Origin: an uncultured virus (IMG/VR IMGVR_UViG_3300032401_000004)
Taxonomy: Duplodnaviria > Heunggongvirae > Uroviricota > Caudoviricetes
Direction: 5' to 3' (one strand)
DNA length: 64,000 bases
IMG/VR virus record: IMGVR_UViG_3300032401_000004
In this document: piece by piece, positions 18,681 through 27,827 of the stretch
Numbering within the stretch: position 1 is the first letter of the stretch
How the letters are laid out: every line of letters starts with the position of its first letter
The notes under the pieces: generated by a model
Seen by the model: the letters and a program-made list of their open reading frames with translations, nothing else
Told to the model about the DNA's origin: nothing
Databases searched by the model: none
Translations under genes and position numbers: made by a program

Positions 18681-19556
18681 ATGTCCGTCACTGCATCCGC
18701 CGCCGCCCAGCTGAGTCTTTGGAGACTGTCCAACTGGCTCAAGCATTACTGCCAGCAGCAACAGTTCACAGCTGTGAGGCTGAGTGCAATGCTGGGGGGT
18801 GACACGATCTTCCCAGCATTTCGGATCCGGCACATCATACGCGGCAAGTACGCCGCCGAGGACAGCGAACTCTACGTGCTCGCAGCCTACTTCGAGCGCC
18901 AAGGGGACAAGGGCATACCTTTGGACACTTTACGACGGATGCGAGATCTGGACGTAAAGCAGAGGACCCCCTATCGCACTCGCAGGATTGACAGAGACTC
19001 TCAGAGTATACTGAAACAGCAGGTGTCGCAGGTGCAGAGCCCGGACGACCTGGCACCGTTCTATATCTGGCTCGCAGTCTGGCGCAAGTCGTTGGGCCTC
19101 AACGGCCGTCAGCTCGCCAAGCTCATAGGTTGCAGCGCCCACCGCATCTCTTCGTTGGAGCACAACAAAGTCACAGTGCTTGAAAACGAGATTCTGGCCA
19201 TCGCGGTACTTCTGGAGAAGAAGAACGACAAGGTGGACTGGTTGTCCAGGCTCGCGAAAATGCGAGACATGCAGCCTCTGGGGGGTGTGAAGCGGATCAC
19301 GCCCGCGACGCTGCGGCAGTCCGCCGTCCGCGCACAGGCGTCCTACGTGGAGAACCCCGCAGTGGTGAGTCTTCTCGCCACCATCAACAACCCACCGATC
19401 CAGCAAGAATCTCAGGCACCCAAAGAGTCCTATGCCCAGGAGGTTGTCGAAGCTCCTGTGCGTTTGGGCGTCGTTGATCGGGTGACAATCACCGTCGGCG
19501 GCGTGCAGATCCAAGGCAACACTCGGGACCTGCGAAAGATCCTGGGGCTCGTGTGA
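18681..19556 (+). CDS. Tandem XRE-like HTH regulator
   Basis: WRKSLGLNGRQLAKLIGCSAHRISSLE plus a degenerate N-terminal repeat. AAGGAG RBS. Confidence 0.65.
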   Translation: MSVTASAAAQLSLWRLSNWLKHYCQQQQFTAVRLSAMLGGDTIFPAFRIRHIIRGKYAAEDSELYVLAAYFERQGDKGIPLDTLRRMRDLDVKQRTPYRTRRIDRDSQSILKQQVSQVQSPDDLAPFYIWLAVWRKSLGLNGRQLAKLIGCSAHRISSLEHNKVTVLENEILAIAVLLEKKNDKVDWLSRLAKMRDMQPLGGVKRITPATLRQSAVRAQASYVENPAVVSLLATINNPPIQQESQAPKESYAQEVVEAPVRLGVVDRVTITVGGVQIQGNTRDLRKILGLV

Positions 19557-19762
19557 AAGACGTATGCGCTACGCCTGGCTGCGGCACCTGGACACGCAGC
19601 AAGCTGTGCATGGACTGCAAGCGCAAGTTGAAACCTGCCCCGATGATGCAGCCTTGTCGTTTTCCACGCTGTGAGGTCATGGTCAAGCAGCGGAGTAACC
19701 ACCTCTATTGCCCTGACCACACCAGCATGCCTTACGAGGCCATGAAAGCTAAGCGCACGTGA
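19553..19762 (+). CDS. Small Cys-rich Zn-binding protein
   Basis: Two C-x4-C ... C/H modules. Confidence 0.55.
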   Translation: MKDVCATPGCGTWTRSKLCMDCKRKLKPAPMMQPCRFPRCEVMVKQRSNHLYCPDHTSMPYEAMKAKRT

Positions 19763-19959
19763 CAGCTCGAAAGCCTCCACACATGTTCGCGGACCTTCAG
19801 TACACCGGTCACAATCCGAATCGCCAACGGGCAGGACGCGAGGGCTGGAAGAACCCCAGGTACAGGGACAAGCAAACCAAGGCTCGAAAGTTGTTCGAGA
19901 AAAGAAGGTTTCTGGAGCAGGTGACCGACTTCGCGAAGCGCGCACGAGAGAATGAATGA
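19759..19959 (+). CDS. Small basic protein
   Basis: Part of the overlap chain. Confidence 0.5.
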   Translation: MTARKPPHMFADLQYTGHNPNRQRAGREGWKNPRYRDKQTKARKLFEKRRFLEQVTDFAKRARENE

Positions 19960-20273
19960 CGACCTACCCTGAAGCCATTGAGCTTATGCTGACGACCCTG
20001 ACCTCCCTGACGGCTCAGGACCGCCGTAATCGCTACGTCGTCACGGTCGAGTACTTCGACATCGACGCAAGACCTCAGGACACGCGAGCTAAGTTCATGA
20101 TCGACATGTACAGCGCCGCTGACGCCGTCGAGGCTGTGAGCGTCTGGTTGAATCGCGGAGGCTCACGCATAGGTCGCAGCATCTCGCGCAACGTGACGCA
20201 CGTCGAAGCTTACGACGTGGAACGTCACGGACTGTGGCACGTCGAACCTCAAGGTCCTGGAAGATCACGATGA
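19956..20273 (+). CDS. Hypothetical protein
   Basis: Part of the overlap chain. Confidence 0.55.
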   Translation: MTTYPEAIELMLTTLTSLTAQDRRNRYVVTVEYFDIDARPQDTRAKFMIDMYSAADAVEAVSVWLNRGGSRIGRSISRNVTHVEAYDVERHGLWHVEPQGPGRSR

Positions 20274-20398
20274 TCAAACACCCACCGAGCACTCAGCGCC
20301 CTGTGAAGCCCACGCTGCTCAAACGCATCGCAAGCCTCTGGCTACGTCTCAAGCAGACGATCAAAGCCGAGAAGAAGGCACGAGAAGGGGTATCTTGA
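20270..20398 (+). pseudogene. Truncated duplicate of the N-terminus of 20552-21001
   Basis: PVKPTLLKRIASLWLRLKQ versus PVKPTLLQRIAHLWLRLKQ, with the same GGAAGATCACGATG leader. Confidence 0.6.
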
Positions 20399-20551
20399 AA
20401 AAGAAGCCGTTGACCGAAGCGCAGTACGCGGAGCTGCAAAAGAAGTACGAATCCGAGCTGAAAGCTTTGAACGATCGTCACGACAGCGCGATCACGAAAC
20501 TCACCAAAAAATACCACGAGCTATTCGACGTCCAGTTCTAGGAAGATCACG

Positions 20552-21001
20552 ATGCCTTTGAAACCTCTACCCCCAAGCACACGCATCAAGAACCCCGTGA
20601 AGCCCACGCTGCTCCAACGCATCGCCCACCTGTGGCTACGTCTCAAGCAATGGTGGCTCGGCGGCGTACTATCTGCCAAGTTGGCCGAGGGTGAGCCCGT
20701 GCGCTCCGAGGCAGAACGCGCCGTCGAGCGCATCGTGATGCAGACGCTCATCGCCGCTGACTGCGTCGTGGCCACCGTGCTCAAGGGTGGACCTGCGATC
20801 ATCATCAAGCACGACAAAGCCCAGGAAGGCTTCATCGGTAGGACGTACGCGCATGCAGCCGACAAAGCCATTGAATGGTTAACCAAGCGCGAGGGTCGGT
20901 TCATCGTCACTGACAAGAGCACTGGACTCCCTCGGAAGGACATCAAGGTGATGGCCGCACAACGCAAGCGTGCACAGAGCGCACGTCGCAAAAGGCACTA
21001 A
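20552..21001 (+). CDS. Hypothetical protein
   Basis: Intact ORF with RBS. Confidence 0.6.
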   Translation: MPLKPLPPSTRIKNPVKPTLLQRIAHLWLRLKQWWLGGVLSAKLAEGEPVRSEAERAVERIVMQTLIAADCVVATVLKGGPAIIIKHDKAQEGFIGRTYAHAADKAIEWLTKREGRFIVTDKSTGLPRKDIKVMAAQRKRAQSARRKRH

Positions 21002-21015
21002 CAGGAGCTACCGCC

Positions 21016-21762
21016 ATGGCCAAAGATGAGAAAGAGAAGTTCAGCGAGAGCGTGCAAGACCTCCTCGGGAGTTTCCTGGACAATGACGTCCAGATGCGAG
21101 CTGTCGTCCTCGACGGCAAAGGCAACATCACAGACCTTGACCCAAGCGAGTTCTTTCGCCCGTTCGCACCGGAGAAGCGCCCCAAGGTCACCGAAACGCG
21201 CACTGTCGTGGTGGACGGCATGACGTACACGCTGCGCAAGCAGGGCCAGTGGTTTCTGTACTCCCCCAAAGGTGAAGAGTACTCATTCAGCAAGCGCGCA
21301 CCCAAAGACTTGACCGCCAGCGTGGAGGAGTTCCACTGGACCCACACAGACCCCGGCAAAGGTAAGAGCCCCAAGCGCAGCTACGAGCTGCACGAGCTGA
21401 ACGACAGGGAGCACGGCGTATACCATGAAGCCTGTAGGCTCGTGCACTTGGTAGAGACCCAGTTCCCTCAGCCGCAGGTGTGCGACTTCTACATTGGCAC
21501 TGCAGTACACGGCGTGTACAAGTCCGAGAGCTGTGGCAAGCCGAAGTGCAACAACTGCCACGGCAGAAAGCACGAGAAGGCCGAGATCTTCTTGTCTAGG
21601 CACATCCTCGACAGCCTGGAGCATACGCTGGAGGTGCTCGTGCACGAGGTGGCGCACGAGGCGGGGACCGACGGCACACTGAAGCACCTGCTGCGGCTGC
21701 AGGGGATCTGGGCCAAGCTTGTGATGGAACTGCGAGGGGCTAACAACCCCCTATGGAAGTAG
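21016..21762 (+). CDS. Protein with C-terminal HExxH metallopeptidase domain
   Basis: LVHEVAHEAGTDG..H, paralogous to the C-terminus of 23336-24658. Confidence 0.7.
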   Translation: MAKDEKEKFSESVQDLLGSFLDNDVQMRAVVLDGKGNITDLDPSEFFRPFAPEKRPKVTETRTVVVDGMTYTLRKQGQWFLYSPKGEEYSFSKRAPKDLTASVEEFHWTHTDPGKGKSPKRSYELHELNDREHGVYHEACRLVHLVETQFPQPQVCDFYIGTAVHGVYKSESCGKPKCNNCHGRKHEKAEIFLSRHILDSLEHTLEVLVHEVAHEAGTDGTLKHLLRLQGIWAKLVMELRGANNPLWK

Positions 21763-21769
21763 GGCTGAC

Positions 21770-22177
21770 GTGGAGAACACCGTCACCTACAAGATCTGGC
21801 GCACCGACGACTTCGGACACCAGTACCAAGCCCCTGTCTCAGGCTTTCAGATTGGCCGCTTTGCCATCCGTCAACGCTCAGAAAAAGACGTGGACGCCAT
21901 CACGCGCAGCGGCAAGCTGGTCCGTCTTCGAGAGCACATCGTCGATCACATCAACACCGGCATCGTCCTGGTCACGCTCGACAGCTTCGAAGATGCTGTC
22001 GTGGTGGCCGACGACGTCTCACGCTTCAGCAGGAAAGACCCTAGCACCAAGGACCGCGAGAAGTTCTTTGAGCAGCTGGGAGAGCATTTGATCAACTGGC
22101 TCAAGTGGTGCATCCAACACAATAAGGCCGTACCGTTCCGCAACTACCAAGAGCAGACGCAGGGTGCAGTACCATGA
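21770..22177 (+). CDS. Hypothetical protein
   Basis: In the operon. Confidence 0.6.
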   Translation: MENTVTYKIWRTDDFGHQYQAPVSGFQIGRFAIRQRSEKDVDAITRSGKLVRLREHIVDHINTGIVLVTLDSFEDAVVVADDVSRFSRKDPSTKDREKFFEQLGEHLINWLKWCIQHNKAVPFRNYQEQTQGAVP

Positions 22178-22401
22178 AGCTCACGTTCCATAAAGACCGC
22201 GACTGGTACCTCTTCGTGATCATGTTCGAGCCTCTGAAAGGGCGCGAGGTTGATATAATCATCGGCGGCAAGCCCGAGAGGTCCACGTTCTTGAAGGGCC
22301 ACCTGAACGCCTTCGGGCAGCTGAGCTTCACGCTGCGTGCAGCTGACGGCAGCGAGCGCGAGGTGCCGTACTCCACAATCTGGAGCATGCACGTCCTATG
22401 A
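22174..22401 (+). CDS. Hypothetical protein
   Basis: ATGA overlap. Confidence 0.6.
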   Translation: MKLTFHKDRDWYLFVIMFEPLKGREVDIIIGGKPERSTFLKGHLNAFGQLSFTLRAADGSEREVPYSTIWSMHVL

Positions 22402-22661
22402 TCAAACATCATCACGAGACATGCGCCGTGGACGTCACAGTCATTGATGACGTGCTCTGCAACAAGTGTGGAAAGTCTTGTTTTTTGGGTTTCGTGGACG
22501 CCGAAGACGCGCCGCATATCAACGGCGTAACGCTGAAAGTCCACTGGGGCTACCACTCCAAGAAGGAAGGGACTAGGACGTTGTCGCACGTCTGCGAAGC
22601 GTGCCACGACGAGTTCGCAGCCTCATTCAGCATCCCGCAAGTTGTGATCGAGACCTTATGA
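22398..22661 (+). CDS. Small CxxC...CxxC protein
   Basis: LCNKCG...WGYHS...VCEAC. Confidence 0.65.
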   Translation: MIKHHHETCAVDVTVIDDVLCNKCGKSCFLGFVDAEDAPHINGVTLKVHWGYHSKKEGTRTLSHVCEACHDEFAASFSIPQVVIETL

Positions 22662-23260
22662 TGTTGGAATGCCCGCACTGCCACACGAGCACCCTGGTGC
22701 ACCTAACGACGCCCGACTACGGCTACGGCCACGGCGCGGAGTTCACCTGCTACACGTGCGATACGTACGGCCGACGGTTTGTCTCGCACACCGAAGAGGC
22801 CAAGCAGATCTCAGATGAGTCACGTGCATTGTCAAAAGCCAACTTGGAAATCTACGAAGCCTTGCGGCTGCTAGCCTGCAAGCACTTGATCAAGTGGGAC
22901 GGGCACTACGCGCCGCGTGAAGAGGGCATGCACTTCGAGCGTCCGCCGCGTTATTTCGACTTGGCGAGTGCCGAGCTTCTGGCCGCCGCGCAGTTCTCGG
23001 GACTCGGGCTGCTTTCCGGCCTGCTGTCGCAGGAACGCCCCAACCAGACGCGCCGCAAGCGGGTGCGGCTGCGCAAGCTCAGAAACAAGGTCCGTCGCCA
23101 CACTCGGCTGCTGCAAAGCAGGTTTCGGCGCGGCCTGGGTCGCACGTTTACGGCCAGGATTCACCTGTCTTACCCCACAAAGGCTTACATTCTGCGACAG
23201 GCTGACCTACCGCCGGGGGTCTCGCCGCCGGGCGTGGCGGGCGTCGCGCGGGGCGCGTGA
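22658..23260 (+). CDS. Zn-ribbon protein with Arg-rich tail
   Basis: CPHC...CYTC. Confidence 0.55.
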   Translation: MMLECPHCHTSTLVHLTTPDYGYGHGAEFTCYTCDTYGRRFVSHTEEAKQISDESRALSKANLEIYEALRLLACKHLIKWDGHYAPREEGMHFERPPRYFDLASAELLAAAQFSGLGLLSGLLSQERPNQTRRKRVRLRKLRNKVRRHTRLLQSRFRRGLGRTFTARIHLSYPTKAYILRQADLPPGVSPPGVAGVARGA

Positions 23261-23335
23261 ATACCGGCCCAGGGGCCCCGTCCCATGGGCGACACGAGAG
23301 AACCGGCCCCGGCGGGGCTAGAAGGACACGGAACC
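23257..23335 (+). promoter_or_regulatory. Early cassette copy 7
   Basis: GTGAAT-N16-CGTCCCA ... GGCCCC GGC GGGGCT AGAAGGACACG. Confidence 0.7.
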
Positions 23336-24658
23336 ATGCGTATCGAACTCACCATCAAGACCGACTACCTGCCCTCCTGGGGCGTCTGGGAAGGCATCCG
23401 CGAGCTGGTGCAGAACGCCAAGGACGCGGAAACCGAGTTCGGCGCGACCATGACGGTGCGCCACCGTGCGGACACCAACACGCTGGTCATCGAGAACGAC
23501 GGCACCATACTACCCCACGAGGCGCTGCTCCTCGGGTTCACGAGCAAGGCTGGACGCTCCGATCAGATCGGCAAGTTCGGCGAGGGGCTCAAGCTCGGCA
23601 TCCTGGCGCTGGTGCGCAAGGGCGCGAAGATTAAGATCCGCTCGGGCTCCGAGGTCTGGGTGCCGCGCATCGTGCGCAGCGACAAGTTCAACGCGGACGT
23701 TCTTGCCTTCGACATCCTGAAGAACCGCGAAGAGAAAAACCGCGTGCAGGTGGAGATCGTCGGCATCAACAAAGAGGGCTGGGATCTCATCAAGGGCAAG
23801 TTCTTGTTCCTCACGAAGACCAAGGACGCGCACGTCTGCAAGACGGCCTACAACGGCACGATCCTCACCGGCCCAGAGCACCAAGGCTCGGTCTTCGTGC
23901 GCGGCATCCACGTCTACAAGAACGCTGAGCTGCGGTACGGCTACGATCTGACCGAAGTGGACATCGATCGCGACCGCAAGATGATCGATCCCGCCTCGCT
24001 GCGCTGGAGGCTCACAAGCTTGTGGCGCTCGGCCGTCAACGAGCACCCCGAGATGACCCCCGAGTACGTCCGGCTGCTGGACGACCAGGCAGCGGACCTC
24101 GACGGCCTCGACAGCTACACAGCCAAGCAGCTCTCCGAGGACGTTCGCGCCAAGATTACGGAGAAGTTTCTGGCGCGCCACGGAGCCAACGCGCTGCCCG
24201 TGACCAACATGGCGCAGAGCGCCGAGATCGAACACCTGGGCATGACCGGCATCGTGGTGCCTAACTCCCTGCGCGCTGTGCTCGAAGCCCAGCTGGGCGA
24301 CGTCGAGAGCAACAAAAAGAAGCTCGCGTTCCTGCCCAAGCACACCTACAGCTGGTCAGACCTCTCAAGCGCAGAACGTGAGAGTTTGACCTCGGCCATC
24401 GCGCTCGTGAATGCGCAAGCGTCGGTGACGCTTGCCGAGGTGGACGTCGTGGACTTCCGCGTCGAGAACGTCGATGGGCTCTTCAGCGGCGGCCGTGTTT
24501 CCATCGCTCGCAGGTTGCTTGTGGACGCTCGCGAGACGCTCTCGACGCTCGTGCACGAAGTGGCGCACCACGCGGGCGCGGATGGGGAGAAGGCGCATGT
24601 GATGCGCATCGAGAACATCTGGTCAGGCATCGTGGCCAACATGCGGAGCGCGCTGTGA
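23336..24658 (+). CDS. GHKL ATPase fused to a C-terminal HExxH metallopeptidase
   Basis: RELVQNAKDA, ENDG, G.TSK and IGKFGEGLK; LVHEVAHH near the C-terminus. Confidence 0.85.
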   Translation: MRIELTIKTDYLPSWGVWEGIRELVQNAKDAETEFGATMTVRHRADTNTLVIENDGTILPHEALLLGFTSKAGRSDQIGKFGEGLKLGILALVRKGAKIKIRSGSEVWVPRIVRSDKFNADVLAFDILKNREEKNRVQVEIVGINKEGWDLIKGKFLFLTKTKDAHVCKTAYNGTILTGPEHQGSVFVRGIHVYKNAELRYGYDLTEVDIDRDRKMIDPASLRWRLTSLWRSAVNEHPEMTPEYVRLLDDQAADLDGLDSYTAKQLSEDVRAKITEKFLARHGANALPVTNMAQSAEIEHLGMTGIVVPNSLRAVLEAQLGDVESNKKKLAFLPKHTYSWSDLSSAERESLTSAIALVNAQASVTLAEVDVVDFRVENVDGLFSGGRVSIARRLLVDARETLSTLVHEVAHHAGADGEKAHVMRIENIWSGIVANMRSAL

Positions 24659-24927
24659 ACGTAACCGAGTTCGTGTTCCGGTTCCTGCCCTCGCTGCTGC
24701 TCTCATGGGTGTTCCTGTGGTTTGCGCTCTCGGAGCACGGAAAAAGGCAGGCGCTGGAGCGGGAGCTTGAAGCTGTCAACGCTCTGCTCCAAGAGGCGCT
24801 ACACAATGTAGACGTGTCCGAGCGGCTGCACGACGAGACGGAGCGGAAGCTCGTCATCGCAAAGAACCAAGTCGAAGAGCTGCTCCTGCAGTTCAACTTC
24901 CAAGGGGAACCATGGACAATCGGATGA
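24655..24927 (+). CDS. TM plus coiled-coil protein
   Basis: Hydrophobic N-terminus. Confidence 0.55.
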   Translation: MNVTEFVFRFLPSLLLSWVFLWFALSEHGKRQALERELEAVNALLQEALHNVDVSERLHDETERKLVIAKNQVEELLLQFNFQGEPWTIG

Positions 24928-25370
24928 TCACGAAGACCTTTCAGCAAGCGGCTCTCGACATCGTAGGCACGCTCGGCTCGCAGAGCGAGTTTGAGCGCCT
25001 GGAGGCGGGTGTGCTGCGCGAGGACGAGCTGGTCAGCATCCTGGGCCGCGAGCTGTGGAGGCCGTTCTATGGGTTTCACGTGCGGCGCAGGCTGCACCCG
25101 GACGACGTCAAGGAGCTTGCCATCATGCACCGCATGGCCGAACCCGAAGACACGGTGAGCTTCCACGTCGAGGAGCCCGCGCCCACGATCAAAGCGGACG
25201 AGTGGGAGACTCTTCGAAACATCAAGCACATCGCAGAGCGCCTGGCCGCCGAAGTGACGACGTTCAGCGTCGTGGGCACCTGCGGGCGCAAGAAGGTCCG
25301 CAAGAGCTACGCGCGAGTCGCGGTGTACGTGGGCGACCGGCCGTTCAAGCTGGAGCTGTGCCTGGACTGA
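24924..25370 (+). CDS. Hypothetical protein
   Basis: Part of the overlap chain; alternative start at 24912. Confidence 0.55.
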   Translation: MITKTFQQAALDIVGTLGSQSEFERLEAGVLREDELVSILGRELWRPFYGFHVRRRLHPDDVKELAIMHRMAEPEDTVSFHVEEPAPTIKADEWETLRNIKHIAERLAAEVTTFSVVGTCGRKKVRKSYARVAVYVGDRPFKLELCLD

Positions 25371-25460
25371 TGCTCCCACTACGATCGATCTTGCTCTTAG
25401 GTTTGGGCATCGGCGTGGCGCTGGTGTTCCTGCTGGCTGGTCCCCGCAAACACTAGGCTG

Positions 25461-25489
25461 TTGCACTTGCGCAAAGGTAAAGGTAGGCT
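25461..25489 (+). promoter_or_regulatory. Sigma-70-like promoter overlapping a CACTTGCGCA motif
   Basis: TTGCAC-N17-TAGGCT just upstream of 25496. Confidence 0.5.
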
Positions 25490-25495
25490 GTCCCC

Positions 25496-26008
25496 ATGCT
25501 TCGAGACTACTTACGACGCCGCATCTCGCAGGCCATCGAGGTCGTGCAGATCCTCAAGAGCGTGCTGGAGCCTGCCCCCGAGCCAGCGCCGGAGGTCTCG
25601 CCGCGTGTAGCGTTGCTGCGCGATCTGGTGGACCGCCGCATCATCCCGCCGCATTGGTTCGACATGCTCAACGATCGGAGAGTCATCTCGAACGACGTGC
25701 ATGTGCCGCGCTTGGAGTCCAACACTTCGAACGAGGAGTACTTGGAGCTGCAGCGTGTCGAGGATCAACTGGGCACGATGTTCAAGCACTTCTGGGATCT
25801 CGGAGGGTGCGACGCTGAGAGCAAGTACCACGCGCTGGCTGACTTCCTACAGACGGCGCACCGCATGACCACGGGTGCTCGGCAGCAGTACGAACAGCTC
25901 CGGTTCTCGGAAGGCGAGCTACGCATGTCCACGCGGCCCGAAGACGTGAAGGCCGCAGCCGACGAGGCTGCAGCGGCTTACGAAGACGAAGACGAGGAAC
26001 AACAATGA
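25496..26008 (+). CDS. Hypothetical protein with acidic tail
   Basis: Follows the promoter. Confidence 0.65.
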   Translation: MLRDYLRRRISQAIEVVQILKSVLEPAPEPAPEVSPRVALLRDLVDRRIIPPHWFDMLNDRRVISNDVHVPRLESNTSNEEYLELQRVEDQLGTMFKHFWDLGGCDAESKYHALADFLQTAHRMTTGARQQYEQLRFSEGELRMSTRPEDVKAAADEAAAAYEDEDEEQQ

Positions 26009-26571
26009 GCTTGCGTCCTAACCCCAACCATCCTGATCTCTACCAACACACAGACACCGGGCAGATCTTCAACATGCGGGACTTCCACCCTTGGGAGCTG
26101 ACCTCGCAGTTCCAGCGCAACCGCGAGATAGCGCACCGGCTTCGCGGGTCCAGCGGGGAGACACGGCTTCTGGAACGCTGGGCTGTGGTGTTGCACCCCT
26201 GGCACGAGGTCATCCCGCCGTCGCTCACGGTGGACTTGATCATCAACGACCTGATGATCGTGCATGCCATGCCTTTGTTCCGCATCGCCGAGCCGTTGAA
26301 GCGTAGTTCCGATTGCGACTTAGAACGCCGTCTGCTCAAGCTCGAAGAGGTTGTGCGCTTGACGGCGCAGCGCGGCGACGGTGTGGTGCCGACGCTGGGG
26401 GAGCACAACGGACGCAACCCGAGCGGGAAGCTGGACACACAGGTCTTGAACCAGCACCACGAGCTGTGGGCGCGCATCAACGGCCCCTCGGATGACTTCG
26501 GCCCGCTGATGGAGATGACCAAGCACTTCATGCTGCGCCTGCAGGGGCGTCAGCGGTTCATTGTGAGGTGA
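26005..26571 (+). CDS. Hypothetical protein
   Basis: ATGA overlap. Confidence 0.65.
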   Translation: MSLRPNPNHPDLYQHTDTGQIFNMRDFHPWELTSQFQRNREIAHRLRGSSGETRLLERWAVVLHPWHEVIPPSLTVDLIINDLMIVHAMPLFRIAEPLKRSSDCDLERRLLKLEEVVRLTAQRGDGVVPTLGEHNGRNPSGKLDTQVLNQHHELWARINGPSDDFGPLMEMTKHFMLRLQGRQRFIVR

Positions 26572-26575
26572 CACG

Positions 26576-26956
26576 ATGATCATTCAGCGACGTAGCTTCT
26601 TTCAGCTCTTGGGCCTCGGTGCCGCTGTTGCGGCCGTCGAGCCGGTGCGGCGCATCTGGCAGGTAGGTGTGCAGCTGGAAACCTCTGCGTGCCCTCGCAA
26701 GTGGTGGCACGACATCAAGTACGACAGGGAAGCAGCACTCGCGGACCTGTACCTCCAAGACAAGTACGCGCACAGCGACGACCCCCACAGCACGCTCGCT
26801 GCAGACCTCATGCGCTTGCCTGTTGAGCAGGCCGTGTTGCGCCCTGAGTTTGCGCGTTACCGCAATGCGGCCAAGACTTGGAACTTCGGTCTGCACTACG
26901 GCGCGTCGGGTGTAGACTGGGCGAAGATGCTCCAGCAGGCGCGTCTGATTGGCTAG
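26576..26956 (+). CDS. Tat-like leader fused to a family-A DNA polymerase fingers fragment
   Basis: RRSFFQLLGLGAAVAA, then DPHSTLAA...RNAAKTWNFGLHYG (Pol A motif B). Confidence 0.6.
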   Translation: MIIQRRSFFQLLGLGAAVAAVEPVRRIWQVGVQLETSACPRKWWHDIKYDREAALADLYLQDKYAHSDDPHSTLAADLMRLPVEQAVLRPEFARYRNAAKTWNFGLHYGASGVDWAKMLQQARLIG

Positions 26957-27129
26957 CTCTTCGCGGGTGCGAGCTGCTGCACGAGCACCACGGCCAGGGC
27001 GAAGAAGAACGCGCCGACGACCACCTTGGCGTTGAAGGGGCTCTCGTCGTCGCTCGACGACGGCCCGTGCGCATACGGCGCACTGACGGGCTCTTCGTCG
27101 GGGATGAAGCCCAGGCGCGAGCGACGCAT
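26953..27129 (-). CDS. Small membrane protein
   Basis: C-terminal TM VVVGAFFFALAVVLV. Confidence 0.55.
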   Translation of the reverse strand: MRRSRLGFIPDEEPVSAPYAHGPSSSDDESPFNAKVVVGAFFFALAVVLVQQLAPAKS

Positions 27130-27253
27130 CACGCGCTCTTCTTGCGGTTGGGAACCTGCACCTGCGCCGCCAGTTCCTTCAACCACTGCTCGGTGGTCTT
27201 GTCAGCGGGCTTGCCGAGGGGTGCTGGCGTGTTGTCTTGGGCCATGGTGAACC

Positions 27254-27703
27254 TCAACGGAAGATGGAGTGCGTGATGGAGAAAGCAAATTGGTTGCTCC
27301 CCAACAAGTCGAAGTAGCGCGGCTTCAAACCTGGGGCCCGTGTCTCAAACACGACGGCGTTTGGGATTTGTATATTGTTTACGTTGGGAAGATCCCACAT
27401 GCAGAAAGGCGCAACGTGGTACGGGGCGATGAAGGGCTCGATGTCCTTCTCCGTGAATACGTAGAGCACTCCGGGTATGTTCGCGCCGTTCAGCTCTTCG
27501 TCGGTCTGTACGCCGAGGATGACCTTGCTCACGTCCTTGACGATGTCGAAAAACACCTTCTGCACCGCGCCGCTGCCGGTAGGGTCCACTGCAACGTCCC
27601 AGTCGGGGGCCAGCGGCGCATCAAGCGACTCGGCCACACGCACCGAACCTGTGTTCGCGCGTAGGAACCGCAACGTGCCTTTGGAGTATGCAAGCTGCGT
27701 CAT
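27254..27703 (-). CDS. Beta-rich putative virion protein
   Basis: Position in the late module and composition. Confidence 0.55.
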   Translation of the reverse strand: MTQLAYSKGTLRFLRANTGSVRVAESLDAPLAPDWDVAVDPTGSGAVQKVFFDIVKDVSKVILGVQTDEELNGANIPGVLYVFTEKDIEPFIAPYHVAPFCMWDLPNVNNIQIPNAVVFETRAPGLKPRYFDLLGSNQFAFSITHSIFR

Positions 27704-27827
27704 CGCTTCAAGTCCTTCTGCTCATCAAAACGTGGAACGTCCGGCCCAGGCTTCTTGCGCTTGACCTTGGTCAGCGCGGCCTGCGCGATCTTCTTACCCA
27801 ACTCGATGAGTAGGTCGAGGGCTTCAC

